In this document: positions 50,480-63,549 of the stretch, piece after piece
Layout of the letters: each line of letters begins with the position of its first letter
Numbering within the stretch: position 1 is the first letter of the stretch
NCBI RefSeq assembly: GCF_006345805.1
Contig: NC_043026.1
Span: 7,998,001 to 8,062,000 of the forward strand
Length of the DNA stretch: 64,000 bases
From: Octopus sinensis
Taxonomy: Eukaryota
Direction: 5' to 3'
Translations under genes and position numbers: made by a program
The notes under the pieces: model-generated
Told to the model about the DNA's origin: nothing
The model's database searches: none
Seen by the model: the letters and a program-made list of their open reading frames with translations, nothing else

Positions 50480-50870
50480 GCAGAAGTGGCTCTGTAGTAA
50501 GAAACTTGAATGTGGTTGCTTCTCAACCACATTATTGTAGGTTCAGTCCCATTGCTTGGTACCTTGGGCAAGTGTTTTCTACTAAAGCATTGGGCTAATT
50601 AAATATGTGTGAGTGGATTTGGTAGACTGAACTGAAAGAAGACCAACCCTAAACCTAATTTTTGTATTTGTGCCTTGCCACTGCTTGACAATCCATGGCA
50701 GTGTGTTCATGTCCCCGTAACTTAGTGGTTTGTCAAAAGGGACCAATAGAATAAGTACTGCACTGACAAAGAAAATAAGTGTAGGGTGAATCGATTTGAC
50801 AAGCAAAGAATACCCCAAGGCAGTGCCCCAGCATGGCCACAATCTAATGACTGAATCAAGTAAAATATTG
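50480..50870 (+). mobile_element. SINE family A (diverged)
   Basis: GGTTCAGTCCCATTGC..CCTTGGGCAAGTG...CAGCATGGCCAC..ATGACTGAA. Confidence 0.75.
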
Positions 50871-51023
50871 AAATATACACACATATACATAAATACATAC
50901 ATAAGTACATGCTTATATATATATACATACATACTTATATATAAATATGTATATATATATGTATATGTACATATACATGTTTATGTATATATATATATAT
51001 ATACATATATATGTATATATATA

Positions 51024-51123
51024 NNNNNNNNNNNNNNNNNNNNNNNNNNNNNNNNNNNNNNNNNNNNNNNNNNNNNNNNNNNNNNNNNNNNNNNNNNNNN
51101 NNNNNNNNNNNNNNNNNNNNNNN
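51024..51123. other. Assembly gap (100 N)
   Basis: Run of N between microsatellites; the round length suggests a placeholder of unknown true size. Confidence 0.97.
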
Positions 51124-51269
51124 GTATGTGTGTGTGTGCATGTATGTGAGTATGTATGTATGTATGTATGTGTGTGTGTGTATGTATGTATGTGTGTATG
51201 TATGTGTGTATGTATGTGTGTATGTATGTATGTATGTATGTATGTATGTATGTGTGTGTATGTGTGTAT

Positions 51270-51750
51270 GATTAATCCAATGAGAGACTTCTACATGGTA
51301 GCTAGACTTGTTAGAAACAGCAGCCAAATCTCCCCAGATCACACCTTACTGTATTATGTATGTGTGAGCCAATGAGGGAGGTTTCAACAGAGAAACGATT
51401 ACTGGTAGAAATAGCAGCCAAATCTCCCTCAAATCCCACCCTGTCTTGTGTCTGTAAGTATGTATGTGTCAATGAAAGAGAGCTCTACATGGTAGTTAAA
51501 ACTGCTAGAAACATCAGCCAAATTTCCTTCAAATCACATCCTACTGTTTTATCTATGAATATATGTATGTATGAGTCAATGAGGGAGACCTCTATGTGGA
51601 AGATAGGTCTGTTAGAAATAGCAGCCAAATCTCCCTTAAAGCACACCCTACTGACTTATGTATGTATGTATATATGTATGTATGAGTCAATGAGGGAGAC
51701 TTCTACATGGTAGCTAGAGTTCTTAGAAATACCAGCCAGAGCTCCCTCAA
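51270..51750 (+). repeat. Tandem array of about five ~100-130-bp units carrying TAGAAATAGCAGCCAAATCTCC
   Basis: Repeated GT..ATGAG..AGAC..CTACATGGTAG...TAGAAA.AGCAGCCAAATCTCC units. Confidence 0.8.
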
Positions 51751-51999
51751 AACATGGAACTTTCTTTAAAAAAAAGAAGACACAAATTTAATAATGTTGC
51801 ATAATGTCTGCAAAAACAAAAAAAATTCAATGGATGATCGTGGATTGAATGTCTGATTATAGGTCTGCTCAATCGGGGTTGACCTGGGGCTAAAAAACAA
51901 CAACTACTTCTACAAATACTACAGCAAATACCATCAGACTACTACTACTACTACAACAACAAAACATTACTACTATAATTACTACCACAATCCACACAG

Positions 52000-52226
52000 G
52001 TGTGTACACACACACATATATATCTATACATATATAGATACACGCATATACATACATCTCTACACATGTATATATATATATACACACTCACACACATACA
52101 TACACACTCACACACATACATACACACTCACACACATATGCACACACATATAAACACATGCACACACGTATACACACACACATACGCACACACATACACA
52201 CAGATCATATATCATATATCTATATA

Positions 52227-52268
<42 letters not shown>

Positions 52269-52848
52269 ATATATATAAATACAAACACACACATATCTAT
52301 ACATATATAGATACACACATATACATACATCTCTACACATGTATATATATATATACACACTCACACACATACATACACACTCACACACATATAAACACAC
52401 ACATACGCACACACATATACACACACACGCACACACATACACACACACACACAGATCATATATCATATATCTATATATATATATACATACATATATATAT
52501 ATACATATATACACACACATATATATAAATACACACACACACACACACATATATCTATACATATATAGATACACACACATATACATCTCTACACATGTAT
52601 ATACATACACACTCACACATATACACACACATATGCACACACATATACACACACACATATGCACACACATATACACACACACATACACACACACATATAC
52701 ACACACATACACACACACATATACACACACACATACGCACACACATATGCACACACATACGCACACACATATACACACACATACGCACACACATATACAC
52801 ACACACATACACACACACAGATCATATATCTATATATATAATATATAT
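52000..52848. repeat. (CA/TA)n field with a higher-order ~250-bp repeat (three copies)
   Basis: The anchors TATCTATACATATATAGATAC, CATCTCTACACATGT and CAGATCATATATC each recur three times in the same order. Confidence 0.8.
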
Positions 52849-52968
52849 GTATATTTAAAGGGCAAAACCACTAGGTGGTTGGCCGTATGCTAGAAGTAGA
52901 TCACCTACATAGGTGATCTGCTTCTAGCATACGGCTGACCACCTAGTGGTTTTGCCCTTTAAATATAC
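52849..52968. repeat. 120-bp near-perfect palindrome (59-bp arms)
   Basis: GTATATTTAAAGGGCAAAACCACTAGG...CCTAGTGGTTTTGCCCTTTAAATATAC, 2-nt loop, 3 mismatches. Confidence 0.9.
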
Positions 52969-53519
52969 ACATGTATTAGAATTTTCTCTGATTTTTCAAA
53001 TTTTTGTATGCTAGGCTACTGGTTTAAAATTGATATTAATTAAATTAATATTCAATTTATCTCCCTCCTTATTTAAATATATATACATATATATATACAT
53101 ATGTATGTATAATATATTTTGTGTGTACAGTGAGATGTACAACTGCTACTGTTGAGTTTAAAACTCCACATCGATCATCTTCGTCCAGTCAGCTTCCAGT
53201 TTAGTGCTTAAGTTTACCTACTTTGTAATTGATGTCACTGGTTGTGATAATCAGAGCAAATGGATAAGCGATCAGGATAGTCACAAGCTTATTTCGTTTA
53301 TTCCCAACATCTACATTTCACTACTGCAGTTTCTTGCAAACAGACGTTTCCAATGGAGAAGACGTCATCGCAGGATGCTCCAAACGCTGAACCACAATTG
53401 ATCATCGGAGAAACACTTCATCGCAGAATGTTACACAGATCATGTGATTTGTGTGCCTCAGGCATGCACAATACACAAACCATATCCATTTCATTTCTAT
53501 TGTTTACCATTGAAGTGGT

Positions 53520-53941
53520 TGAGTAGGTGCAGGAGTGGCTGTGTGGTAAGTACCTTGTTTACCAACCACATGGTTCCGGGTTCAGTCCCACTGCGTGGCA
53601 CCTTGGGCAAGTGTCTTCTACTATAGACTAGGGCTGACCAAAGCCTTGTGAGTGGATTTCATCATCATCATCGTTTAACATCCGTTCTCCATGCTAGCAT
53701 GGGTTGGACGGTTCGACCGGGGATCTGGGAAGCCAGAAGGCTGCACCAGGCTTCAATCTTGATCTGGCAGTGTTTCTACAGCTGGATGCCCTTCCTAACG
53801 CCAACCACTCCGAGAGTGTAGTGGGTGCTTTTTACGTGCCACCAGCACAGGTGCCAGGCTAGGCTGGCAACGGCCACCGGCATAGAAGCCAGTCAAGGCG
53901 GCGCTGTACACAGAAACTGAAAGAAGCCCATCGTATATATG

Positions 53942-53974
<33 letters not shown>

Positions 53975-54190
53975 TTGTGTGTCTGTGTTTGTCCCCCTAG
54001 CATTGCTTGACAACCAATGCTGGTGTGTTTATGTCCCCGTCACTTAGTGGTTCGGCAAAAGAGACCGATAGAATAAGTACTGGGCTTACAAAAGAATAAA
54101 TCCCCGGGTCGAGTTGCTCGATTAAAGGCGGTGCTCCAGCATGGCCGCAGTTAAATGACTGAAGCAAGTAAAAGAGTAAAGAGTAAGAGA
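53520..54190 (+). mobile_element. SINE family A interrupted by a family C copy (53662-53880, minus)
   Basis: The family A head stops at GTGAGTGGATTT and resumes at GAAACTGAAAGAAG after the inverted family C sequence. Confidence 0.8.
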
Positions 54191-54689
54191 GTATTCCTAA
54201 GGCATTATACATGTTCCAGAATATGTGGCTGAGTAAACCACAGACATGAGTACCCCTCATATTTATATCCATTTTATCGTTTTTCTGTTTCCTTTTCACC
54301 TCTCCCCACACCATATCGAATTAGATAAATTAGTATAAAGTAATTAGCACAAAACTTTGTCTAAATCATCAACACACACTAACGATGTACTAATAATTAA
54401 TGAAAGTAACAACTACAAAGACCAAGGGGTTTTACTTGAGGAGGGGTTGTCATCAGAAAAAACTACAAAGTTCAGTTCAACGTGTTAAGCAACTTCTGAT
54501 TAATTTAATATACTTCACCTAATTGATTAATTAATAAAAACTGATTATAGTCATTTGGTTTTGATTGTGTAATTGTCTGCATCCCACTTTTAAAAAATTA
54601 TCCCATGGATTACTATTATTATTATTATTATAGGGCCCACTTATGCATACCTTTCCTTCCTGTGACACAAACCCTACTTATGAAGACCT

Positions 54690-55020
54690 GCTGAGGCAAG
54701 TGAAAATCAAAATCGAAATCGATCGACATCAATGGAAATTGTAGCTGTGATATCAGTGCCACTGGCACATAAGAGAACCATCCGAACGTGGCCGTTGCCA
54801 GCGCCGCCCCGACTGGCCTCCGTACTGGTGGCACGTAAAAAGCACCATCCGAACATGGCCGTTGCTAGCGCCGCCCCGACTGGCCTCCGTACTGGTGGCA
54901 CGTAAAAAGCACCATCCAATCATGGCTGTTTTCCAGCCTCGTCTGGCACCTGTGCCAGTGGCACATAAAAGGGACCAACTACACTCTCGGAGTGGTTGGC
55001 GTTAGGAAGGGCATCCAGCT
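54690..55020 (+). mobile_element. SINE-like family C with an internal ~67-bp tandem duplication
   Basis: ACCATCCGAAC.TGGCCGTTGC.AGCGCCGCCCCGACTGGCCTCCGTACTGGTGGCACGTAAAAAGC occurs twice. Confidence 0.8.
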
Positions 55021-56244
55021 GGAATGGAAGAAATGCTGCTAAGCCTTTTTTCTGACATGCTAACAAATCTACGAGCTAAATAATAATAATAATAATAATG
55101 ATAATAATAATCCTTTCTTATAAAGACACAAGGCCTGAAATTTGATGAAAGGGAGTCGATTAAATTGACACATCCCCCAGTGTTTCACTGGTACTTAATT
55201 TGTTGACCCCTGAAAGGATGTAAAGGAAAGTCGACCTCAGTGGAATTTGAACTCAGAATGCAAAGATGGACGAAATACTACTAAGCATTTCATTAAATAA
55301 AATGAATTTTTCGTTTTCTTTTTAGTGGAAAAGTAGATTATTATTATTATTATTAACTGTAAATTAAGTAGTGAAAGTGTGCTTGGTTGGTCAAGAAACT
55401 CAAAGTAACAAATAACTAAAGTAAATAATAAGAAAACACAAAAACAAAAAGAAAACTCGAACATTTGAGGGGGTTAGTTATTTTTTTTTAAAAAGATAAA
55501 CAAAAGAAGAGGGGGGGGGCGTGGAATTCATGCCACAAAGAAGTCACTCCAACATGCAGCGCCCTTACATACACACGCGTGCACACACACATGCATATGT
55601 GTGTGTGTGTGAGTGTGTATTTGCATGTGTGTGTGTGTGTGTGTGTTGTGTGTGTTTGGACATGGATTTGTGTACCGGAAGGGGATCATTTGGGGGTTTT
55701 TTTTTTATATTGTTGTTATTTAACCCTAGGTCGGCCCCTGAGTGAGCAGACAAGCAAATATCTACTGAAGGCAAAAGAAAGTGTTGAAGCCATGATCATC
55801 CGTGTCTTCTTCAGTAATTCTAGTAAGGCACAGTCCATCTAGGATTACATTATTACGTTAACCTCATTACATATACCTCATTCGTTATGATTTTTAAGAC
55901 AGTAGGACAAATGTGTGATTTGAATAGAGAGTTGCCTGCTATTTCTAGCAGGCAGACTACCTAGATAAACACTTGGTCAAAAAGTAATTATATATTTATG
56001 TATGTGAATTTGAGTATATGTTTGACTATGTATGAATGTGTGTGTGTGTGTGTGTTGTGTGTGGTGTGTGTATGGGTGTGTGTATATATATATATATATA
56101 TATAAGTAAATGAATGAATTATCCTAGTATGGATAATTTGGTTAATCGATACCTGGGCAGCAAATTCACGTCAGTAAAACACGGTTGAAGTTACATGCCA
56201 AGGGCCGAACCCCGTGTTCATGTGTAGAAATTTGTGTGTTTTTT

Positions 56245-56460
56245 TATATGAATAAATGAAAAGAATGGAGTTGAACGAAGATTTTAAGAAAATTCCTTTA
56301 CTTTCGACATATGTTTCGAAGACTGCATACTCTTAATTCCGAAGGAAGACGGCATAATGCAACCTTCATTCCTTCGGAATTAAGAGTATGCAGTCTTCGA
56401 AACTATGTCGAAAGTAAAGAATTTGTTAAAATCTTCGTTCAACTCCATTCTTTTCATTTA

Positions 56461-56468
<8 letters not shown>
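56245..56468. repeat. 224-bp palindrome (~103-bp arms, 21-nt spacer), probably PLE-terminus derived
   Basis: TATATGAATAAATGAAAAGAATGGAG...TTCCGAAGGAA / TTCCTTCGGAA...CTCCATTCTTTTCATTTATTCATATA, with few mismatches. Confidence 0.9.
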
Positions 56469-56509
<41 letters not shown>

Positions 56510-57077
56510 GCATATATACACAAATATGCATATATACACAAATTCATGTAAGTGTATTTTTAAATACATGTGTGTGTGTATATATATGTATATTATATAT
56601 ATATTATATATACAAATTATAAATTTGAAGTAGTGGTACACAAAGTACCATTATTTGCTGGAAATAGCAGTCGATAACCGTTTGGCACTAGGTAAAACTT
56701 CATTGAATGTAAAGAGGCAGAGATGTAAAGTTACATTGTTTATTGAAAATGTAGTGTTCTCTCACAGCTAAAGTTTCATGTCACAGTGATCTTCAGGTGA
56801 GAACTGTCACAACTCACTTTTGGTTGGATATTGACATTCAGTGATGTGATTCATATTTCTGTTCGTTTAATAGGCAGCAGTTTATGTTTCTTTCTGATTG
56901 GGTGTTATTTTTTCCCATGTTCATTGGTTATTTTTTTGATAAGTATATATTATTAATTTGCTTATTTCTTCTAGATTTTTCTGCTTAATCTAGTTGAGGC
57001 TATACACACACTCACACATACACATGTGTGTGTATATATATATATATATAGATATATAGATATATATATATATATGG

Positions 57078-57328
57078 CCGAAGCCAGTGCCACCTCGACT
57101 GGCTTCCGTGCCGGTGGCACATAAAATGCACCAATCCGACTGTGGCCGATGCCAGCCTCAAGCACCCACTACACTCACGGAGTGATTGGCGTTAGGAATG
57201 GCATCCAGCTGTAGAAACATTGCCAGATAAGATCGGAGCCTGGTGCAGCCTTTCTGGCTTCCCAGATCCCCGGTCGAACCGTCCAACCCATGCTAGCATG
57301 GAGAACGGACGTTAAACAATGATGATGA
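57078..57328 (+). mobile_element. SINE-like family C
   Basis: Body and (GAT)n tail as in the other family C copies. Confidence 0.85.
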
Positions 57329-57389
57329 TATATATATCTATATATATATATATAGATATAGATATATATATAGATATATATATATATTT

Positions 57390-57621
57390 GTTTCTTTATT
57401 GCCCACAAGGGGCTAAACATAGAGGGGACAAACAAGGACAGACAAACGGATTAAGTCGATTACATCGACCCCAGTGCGTAACTGGTACTTAATTTATCGA
57501 CCCCGAAAGGATGAAAGGCAAAGTCGACCTCGGCGGAATTTGAACTCAGAACGCAACGACAGACGCAATACCGCTAAGCATTTCGCCCGGTGTGCTAACG
57601 TTTCTGCCAGCTCGCCGCCTT
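57390..57621 (-). mobile_element. SINE family B, full length
   Basis: AAGGCGGCGAGCTGGCAGAAACGTTAGC...TTCTGAGTTCAAATTCCGCCGAGGTCGAC...AATAAAGAAA on the minus strand. Confidence 0.9.
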
Positions 57622-57660
<39 letters not shown>

Positions 57661-57973
57661 CTTATACACATATGTAACGATGTGTATAAATATACACAAA
57701 CTAACATTTGTTTTTTTTTTTATAAGTGCCAGAATGTGTATATAGATACAAAGAAGGTGAAATATTGGGTAAATTACCCAGTCTTTCTGCTGTTCTGACA
57801 GTCTCTCTGCATTCAGAAATAAATTATCTTATTTGTATCTTCCTACACACATTTTGGTGCTTATAAAAGAAACAGATGTTAGTTCGCTTAGGTTTATATA
57901 CATGTGGCTGTACATTTAAGCTTTAGAAGCATCTAAAAAGTGGACTGATTTGTCAGCGGGCTGTTTAGCTTAA

Positions 57974-58194
57974 CCCTTTAGTGTTTAAACTGGCCAAATC
58001 CGGCCCAATATATTCTACATGTTTTATATTTGAACTAGCCATATCTAGCCTCTCACACCTAACCTACAGTGACATTCTAAAAATAAATATTCACATCATT
58101 GAAACCTCAAAGCTATAAGATAATGCATGATTAATTCAAAACAATTTAAATAAATAAGCATTACATTTAACAGAGTAATCTGAACACTAAAGGG
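57974..58194. mobile_element. piggyBac-type MITE, 221 bp
   Basis: TTAA|CCCTTTAGTGTT...AACACTAAAGGG|TTAA. Confidence 0.85.
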
Positions 58195-58745
58195 TTAATA
58201 GTAAAGCACTTGGCTGGAGTGTTCAAGAGATATGGATTCAAGTCCCATAGCTAGTTGTTGACAAATTTTTCTGCTTTATAAGGAATAATTACCAACGTTT
58301 CTGCTGTTCCAACAGCGTCTCTGCATTCAAAAATAAATTATTGTCTATTTGTGTCTATATACATGTATTATCATCATCATCATCGTTTAACGTCTGCCTT
58401 CCATGCTGGCATGGGTTGGACGGTTTGACTGAGGGGTGGCAAGCCACAAGGCTGCACCTGGCTCCAATCTGAGAGTGGAGCTGCTAGAATAAGAATAGCC
58501 TGGGCAAAGTTCAGAGAGCTCCTACTTCTGCTGGTGATAAAGAGATTCTCGCTCAGAATAAAAGGTATATAATTACCTGAAATTACCTGATCAAGGTCAC
58601 ATCTACATATGTATGTGTGTCCATCTACATATGCGTTTGTGTGTGTGTGTGTAAACACATACACACACACAAAAGCATGTGTGATTTTGCATGTAAATGA
58701 ACGCATATATAAGCAGACATATAAGCATGTGCGTGTGTGTGTGTG

Positions 58746-58778
<33 letters not shown>

Positions 58779-58913
58779 TTGTGGTGTGTGTGTGTGACTA
58801 TGACTCTGTACCTAAATGTGTTTGTGTATGTGTATATGTGGTTGTACTGCATATGTTTAAATATATTCCAACAGAAGAACATAAAAATAGAGAATACATT
58901 TGCAAAAATAATA

Positions 58914-58947
<34 letters not shown>

Positions 58948-59055
58948 CACAAATGGATGAAGTTGACATGGATAATCTTTCTTTCAAAAACAATCTTAAA
59001 CAAAAATCGAACTAAGACTTCAAATTTTTACTGTTAAAAACAAAAAAGAAAGTGC

Positions 59056-59056
<1 letters not shown>

Positions 59057-59099
<43 letters not shown>

Positions 59100-59177
59100 T
59101 ATAATAATAATAATAATAATAATAATAAAATAATAATAATTAATAATATATATAAATAATAATAATAATTAATAATA

Positions 59178-59210
<33 letters not shown>

Positions 59211-59466
59211 TAATAAATATAAATTAATAATAATATAATAATAATAATAATAAAATTAATAATAATAATATAAATAATAATAATAATAAAATAATAATAA
59301 TAATAATAATATAAATAATAATAATAATCATAATAATAATAATAATAATAATAATATAAATAAAATTAATAATATAATAAAATAATAATAATATAATATA
59401 ATAATAATAATAATAAAATTAATAATATAATAATAAAATAATAATAATAAAATAATAATAATCAAT

Positions 59467-59497
<31 letters not shown>

Positions 59498-59515
59498 ATT
59501 AATAATAATAATATA

Positions 59516-59549
<34 letters not shown>

Positions 59550-59690
59550 TAATAATTAAAATAATAATATAAATAATAATAATAATAAGAATAATAATAA
59601 TAATTAATAATTAATAATAATAATATAAATAAAATAATAATAATAATAATAATAATAAATAATAATAATATAAATAAAATAATAATAATA

Positions 59691-59721
<31 letters not shown>

Positions 59722-59737
59722 TAATAATAATAATATA

Positions 59738-59771
<34 letters not shown>

Positions 59772-59843
59772 TTAATAATAATATAATAATTAAATTAATA
59801 ATAATAATAATAATAATAAAAAAATAATAATAATAATATAATA

Positions 59844-59876
<33 letters not shown>

Positions 59877-59933
59877 AATAATAATAAAATAATAATAATA
59901 ATAATAATAATAATAATTAATAATAATAATATA

Positions 59934-59967
<34 letters not shown>

Positions 59968-59987
59968 TATAATAATAATATAATAAT
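59057..59987. repeat. ~930-bp imperfect (AAT)n microsatellite
   Basis: Directly visible. Confidence 0.95.
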
Positions 59988-60549
59988 TTCTAATTTTAGT
60001 CAGACAGACTGCCACCAACTACATTAAGGATGAACAGTTAGTTAAATTGACCCCTGCAGAACATTACTAGTAATTTATTTAATCAACCCCTAGAGAGGGA
60101 TGAAAGGAGTTGACCGTGGCAAGATTTGAACTCAGAATATAAAATCCCAGAAAAAACACCACAAGGTATTTTTGTTTGATGTTCCTAAAAATCTGCGAAC
60201 CTGGGACCTTTAATTTGTATGTTAGTGACAAGTCCAGCAATGTCTGTTGGAAGGGATTGGTCAATGTCACTGACAAACCCCAATAAGTGACTGGTACTTC
60301 ATATTATCAGCCGTCACTGGGGGATGAAAGAAAGGCAAAGTTGAGCATAGTGGGGTTTGAACTCAGAACACTGCAGTCACTGTTATGGAAACTTATTTGC
60401 TAACCAATCACATGGTTCCAGGTTCAGTCCCACTGCGTGGCACCTTGGGCAAGTGTCTTCTGCTATAGCCTCAGGCCAACCAAAGCCTTGTGAGTGGATT
60501 TGGTAGACGGAAACTGAAAGAAGCCCGTCGTATATATGTATATATATAT

Positions 60550-60945
60550 AGGCACAGGAGTGGCTGTGTGGTAAGTAGCTTGCTAACCAACCACATGGTT
60601 CCAGGTTCAGTCCCACTGCGTGGCACCTTGGGCAAGTGTCTTCCGCTATAAGCCTCGGGCCGACCAAAGCCTTGTGAGTGGATTTGGTAGACGGAAACTG
60701 AAAGAAGCCTGTCGTATATATGTATATATATATGTTTGTGTGTTTGTCCCCCTAGCATTGCTTGATGACCGATGCTGGTGTGTTTACGTCCCCGTCACTT
60801 AGCGGTTCGGCAAAAGAGACTGATAGCATAAGTACTGGGCTTACAAAGAATAAGTCCCGGGGTCGATTTGCTCGACTGAAAAAAGGCGGTGCTCCAGCAT
60901 GGCCGCAGTCAAATGACTGAAACAAGTAAAAGAGTAAAGAGTATC
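60550..60945 (+). mobile_element. SINE family A, full length (preceded by a truncated copy at 60385-60545)
   Basis: tRNA-like head GGAGTGGCTGTGTGG..GGTTCAGTCCCA, core, internal (TA/TG)n, tail GACTGAAACAAGTAAAAGAG. Confidence 0.9.
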
Positions 60946-61604
60946 CAACCCAACCTTAAATTCCAATTTAGGCACAAGGCCAGCATCAGTCACCGTTAAG
61001 ATAGTAGCCCCTTGCTGTCAGAGAAAGAACAAACGATTTGTTTATAGGGATCAAATGTATCTGTCGTACATTAACTCACTCCCTCCATGAAATCGTTGTT
61101 GCCTGAACAGGTGCACAGGTGTGCCACATGTCAGGTGTTGAGGTGATCGCAGAGCAACACGAGATGAAGTGGTTTACTCAAAAGCACAATGCACCACCAA
61201 CTCTAGGAATTGAAACCACAATCTTATGATCCTGAGTGCAACAGCCCAATCCCTGGGCCACACACTACTATACCACACTGCTATAACACATGGCTCAGTG
61301 GTTAGGGTACTGCACTCCTAATCGTTGGATTACAGTTTCAATTCCTGGACCTGACAATGCATTATATTCTTCAGCATAACACTTCATTTCACATTGCTCC
61401 AGTTCACTTTCCAGGCAAAAGTGAGTAATCCTAAAATGGACTGGCATCCTTTCCAGGGGGGAAATATATATACCAGGAAATCAGCAATAGAATTCTAGGG
61501 CTTGGGAAGAACCTATCTGCCCCACCTTTTTTCTTTTCTTACAATATCACACTTTACTACACTAATAGCTGTGTGGTTAGAAAGTTTGCTTCTCAAGGCG
61601 CAGG

Positions 61605-62005
61605 AGTGGCTGTGTGGTAAGTAGCTTGTTACAACCACATGGTCTGGGTTCAGTCCCACTGCGTGGCATCTTGGGCAAGTGTCTTCTACTATAGCCTCAG
61701 GCCGACAAAAGCCTTGTGAGTGGATTTGGTAGACGGAAACTGAAAGAGCCTGTCGTCTATATATGTATATATATATGTAGTGTGGTGTGGTTGTGTGTCT
61801 GTGTTTGTCCCCCTAGCATTGCTTGACAACCGATGCTGGTGTGTTTACGTCCCCGTCACTTAGCGGTTCGGCAAAAGAGACCGATAGAATAAGTACTGGG
61901 CTTACAAAGAATAAGTCCCGGGGTCGATTTGCTCGACTGAAAAAAGGCGGTGCTCCAGCATGGCCGCAGTCAAATGACTGAAACAAGTAAAAAGAGTAAA
62001 GAGTA
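61605..62005 (+). mobile_element. SINE family A, full length
   Basis: Near-identical to 60550-60945, including the variant GACTGAAAAAAGGCGG. Confidence 0.9.
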
Positions 62006-62489
62006 ACCATCTAGTTCCAGGTTCAGTCCCACTGTGTGGCACCTTGGGCATGTGTCCTCTACTATAACCTTGGACCACCAAAGCCTCATGATTGAACTCT
62101 GTAGGTGGAAATTCCCATCGAGAGTGTATGTGCATGTGAAAGTGCTTGTGCCATCTTTAGTAGATAGGGAAACTAGTATAACATATTATGTGGAAGCACA
62201 TGGCCTAGTGGTTAGGGTCCCGCACACCTGATCGTAAGATTGTAGTTTCAATTCCTGGACCAGACAATGCCTTGTATTCTTGAGCAAAACAGTTCATTTC
62301 ATGTCGCTCCAACTACTTTGATGGTAAAAGTGAGTAACCCTGAAATGAACTAGCATCCTATCCAGGGGGGAAATATATACACCACAGAATCAAGGAAACA
62401 GGCCTTGTAATTCTGTGGCTTGGGAAGGACCTTTGTACCTTCTTGGTTTTACAATAACATTACATATTGTAACATTACAATAACATTAG

Positions 62490-62630
62490 TGGTTGGCGTT
62501 AGAAAGGGCATCCAGCTGTAGAAACATTGCCAGATCAGACTGGAGCTTGGCGCAGCCTTCTGGCTTCCCAGATCCCCGGTCGAACCATCCAACCCATGCT
62601 AGCATGGAGAACGGACGTTAAACGATGATG
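62490..62630 (+). mobile_element. SINE-like family C, 3' part
   Basis: GTGGTTGGCGTTAG...GGACGTTAAACGATGATG. Confidence 0.8.
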
Positions 62631-63270
62631 GTGTGTGTGTGTGTGGTGTGTGTGTGTGTGTGTGTGGCAAGGCTGTGTCTTTTCAATATCAGGGACAATC
62701 CATGTGGTGGGCATCTATACAGTTTCCATCGATTCAATTTCAGTCATATTAATGGAATCAGCATCAAGGCTATGATTAAAATTGAATTAAAAGAAAATCC
62801 TGTCAGGTGTCCCAGATGAACCAACTTCACGGCCGGAGGTGCAGATGAGGGCAGCTGCATCGAACTCTCTCATGCACCAAATGGCATTTTGCTAAAAAGC
62901 ATCCGTGAAGTAAAATCATGTAGGAACACCGAATGTCGGTGCCCCAGCATGGCCACAACTCGTGAGCTGAAACTAGATAAAATCAAATAAATAAAAATAA
63001 TAAATAAACTGCCTAAAATGCCATGCAGTGGGACTGAACCCAGGATCCTGTGGTTACAAAGCAAACTCCTTAACCATTGAGTTATGAGACAACATAATGC
63101 ATGCCTCTGAAACCTTAACTACCCCTCCCCACCCGATACCAACATCCCCATCACCGACCCCACCTAATCACGCTGACTGCTAATCAATAAACTATGTAAA
63201 TTAAAACTCAAAATAAATGAAATAGCCAATCAACCATGACCATCACTGCAGAACAGTGGCAAATACTTAC

Positions 63271-63456
63271 ATTTCTAACACAAGTTTCAACTGCTCCAGT
63301 TTGGCCTTCTTCTCCTCTATGACACTGTTCTTCTTCACTTTGTTCTCGTTCAACAAAAACCTAACGATATCCAACACCTCCTGTAGCTGTTTGGGCTTCT
63401 TCAGTTTCAGGTGGCCCTTCCTGTAGCCCTGGTATTTTTGAAACAGCTCGAAAAAC
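63271..63456 (-). CDS. PPIP5K: Internal exon of inositol hexakisphosphate/diphosphoinositol-pentakisphosphate kinase (PPIP5K/Vip1), phosphatase-like domain
   Basis: [51 protein letters not shown] matches the recalled vertebrate PPIP5K segment [39 protein letters not shown]. Acceptor TTTCCAG, donor GTAAGT, 186 nt, phase 2-2. Confidence 0.92.
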
Positions 63457-63549
63457 CTGGAAACCACAACGACAACAGCAGATAGAAGACATGTAGCGGA
63501 AAAGACAGAAGATTGAAGATTGATCTCTTGAAGACAGAAGATCACTGTC

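Noticed and set aside
51270-51750. Repeat-spacer-like array suggesting CRISPR
   Set aside because: Animal genomic context, degenerate units, microsatellite-like inter-repeat sequence and no cas genes.
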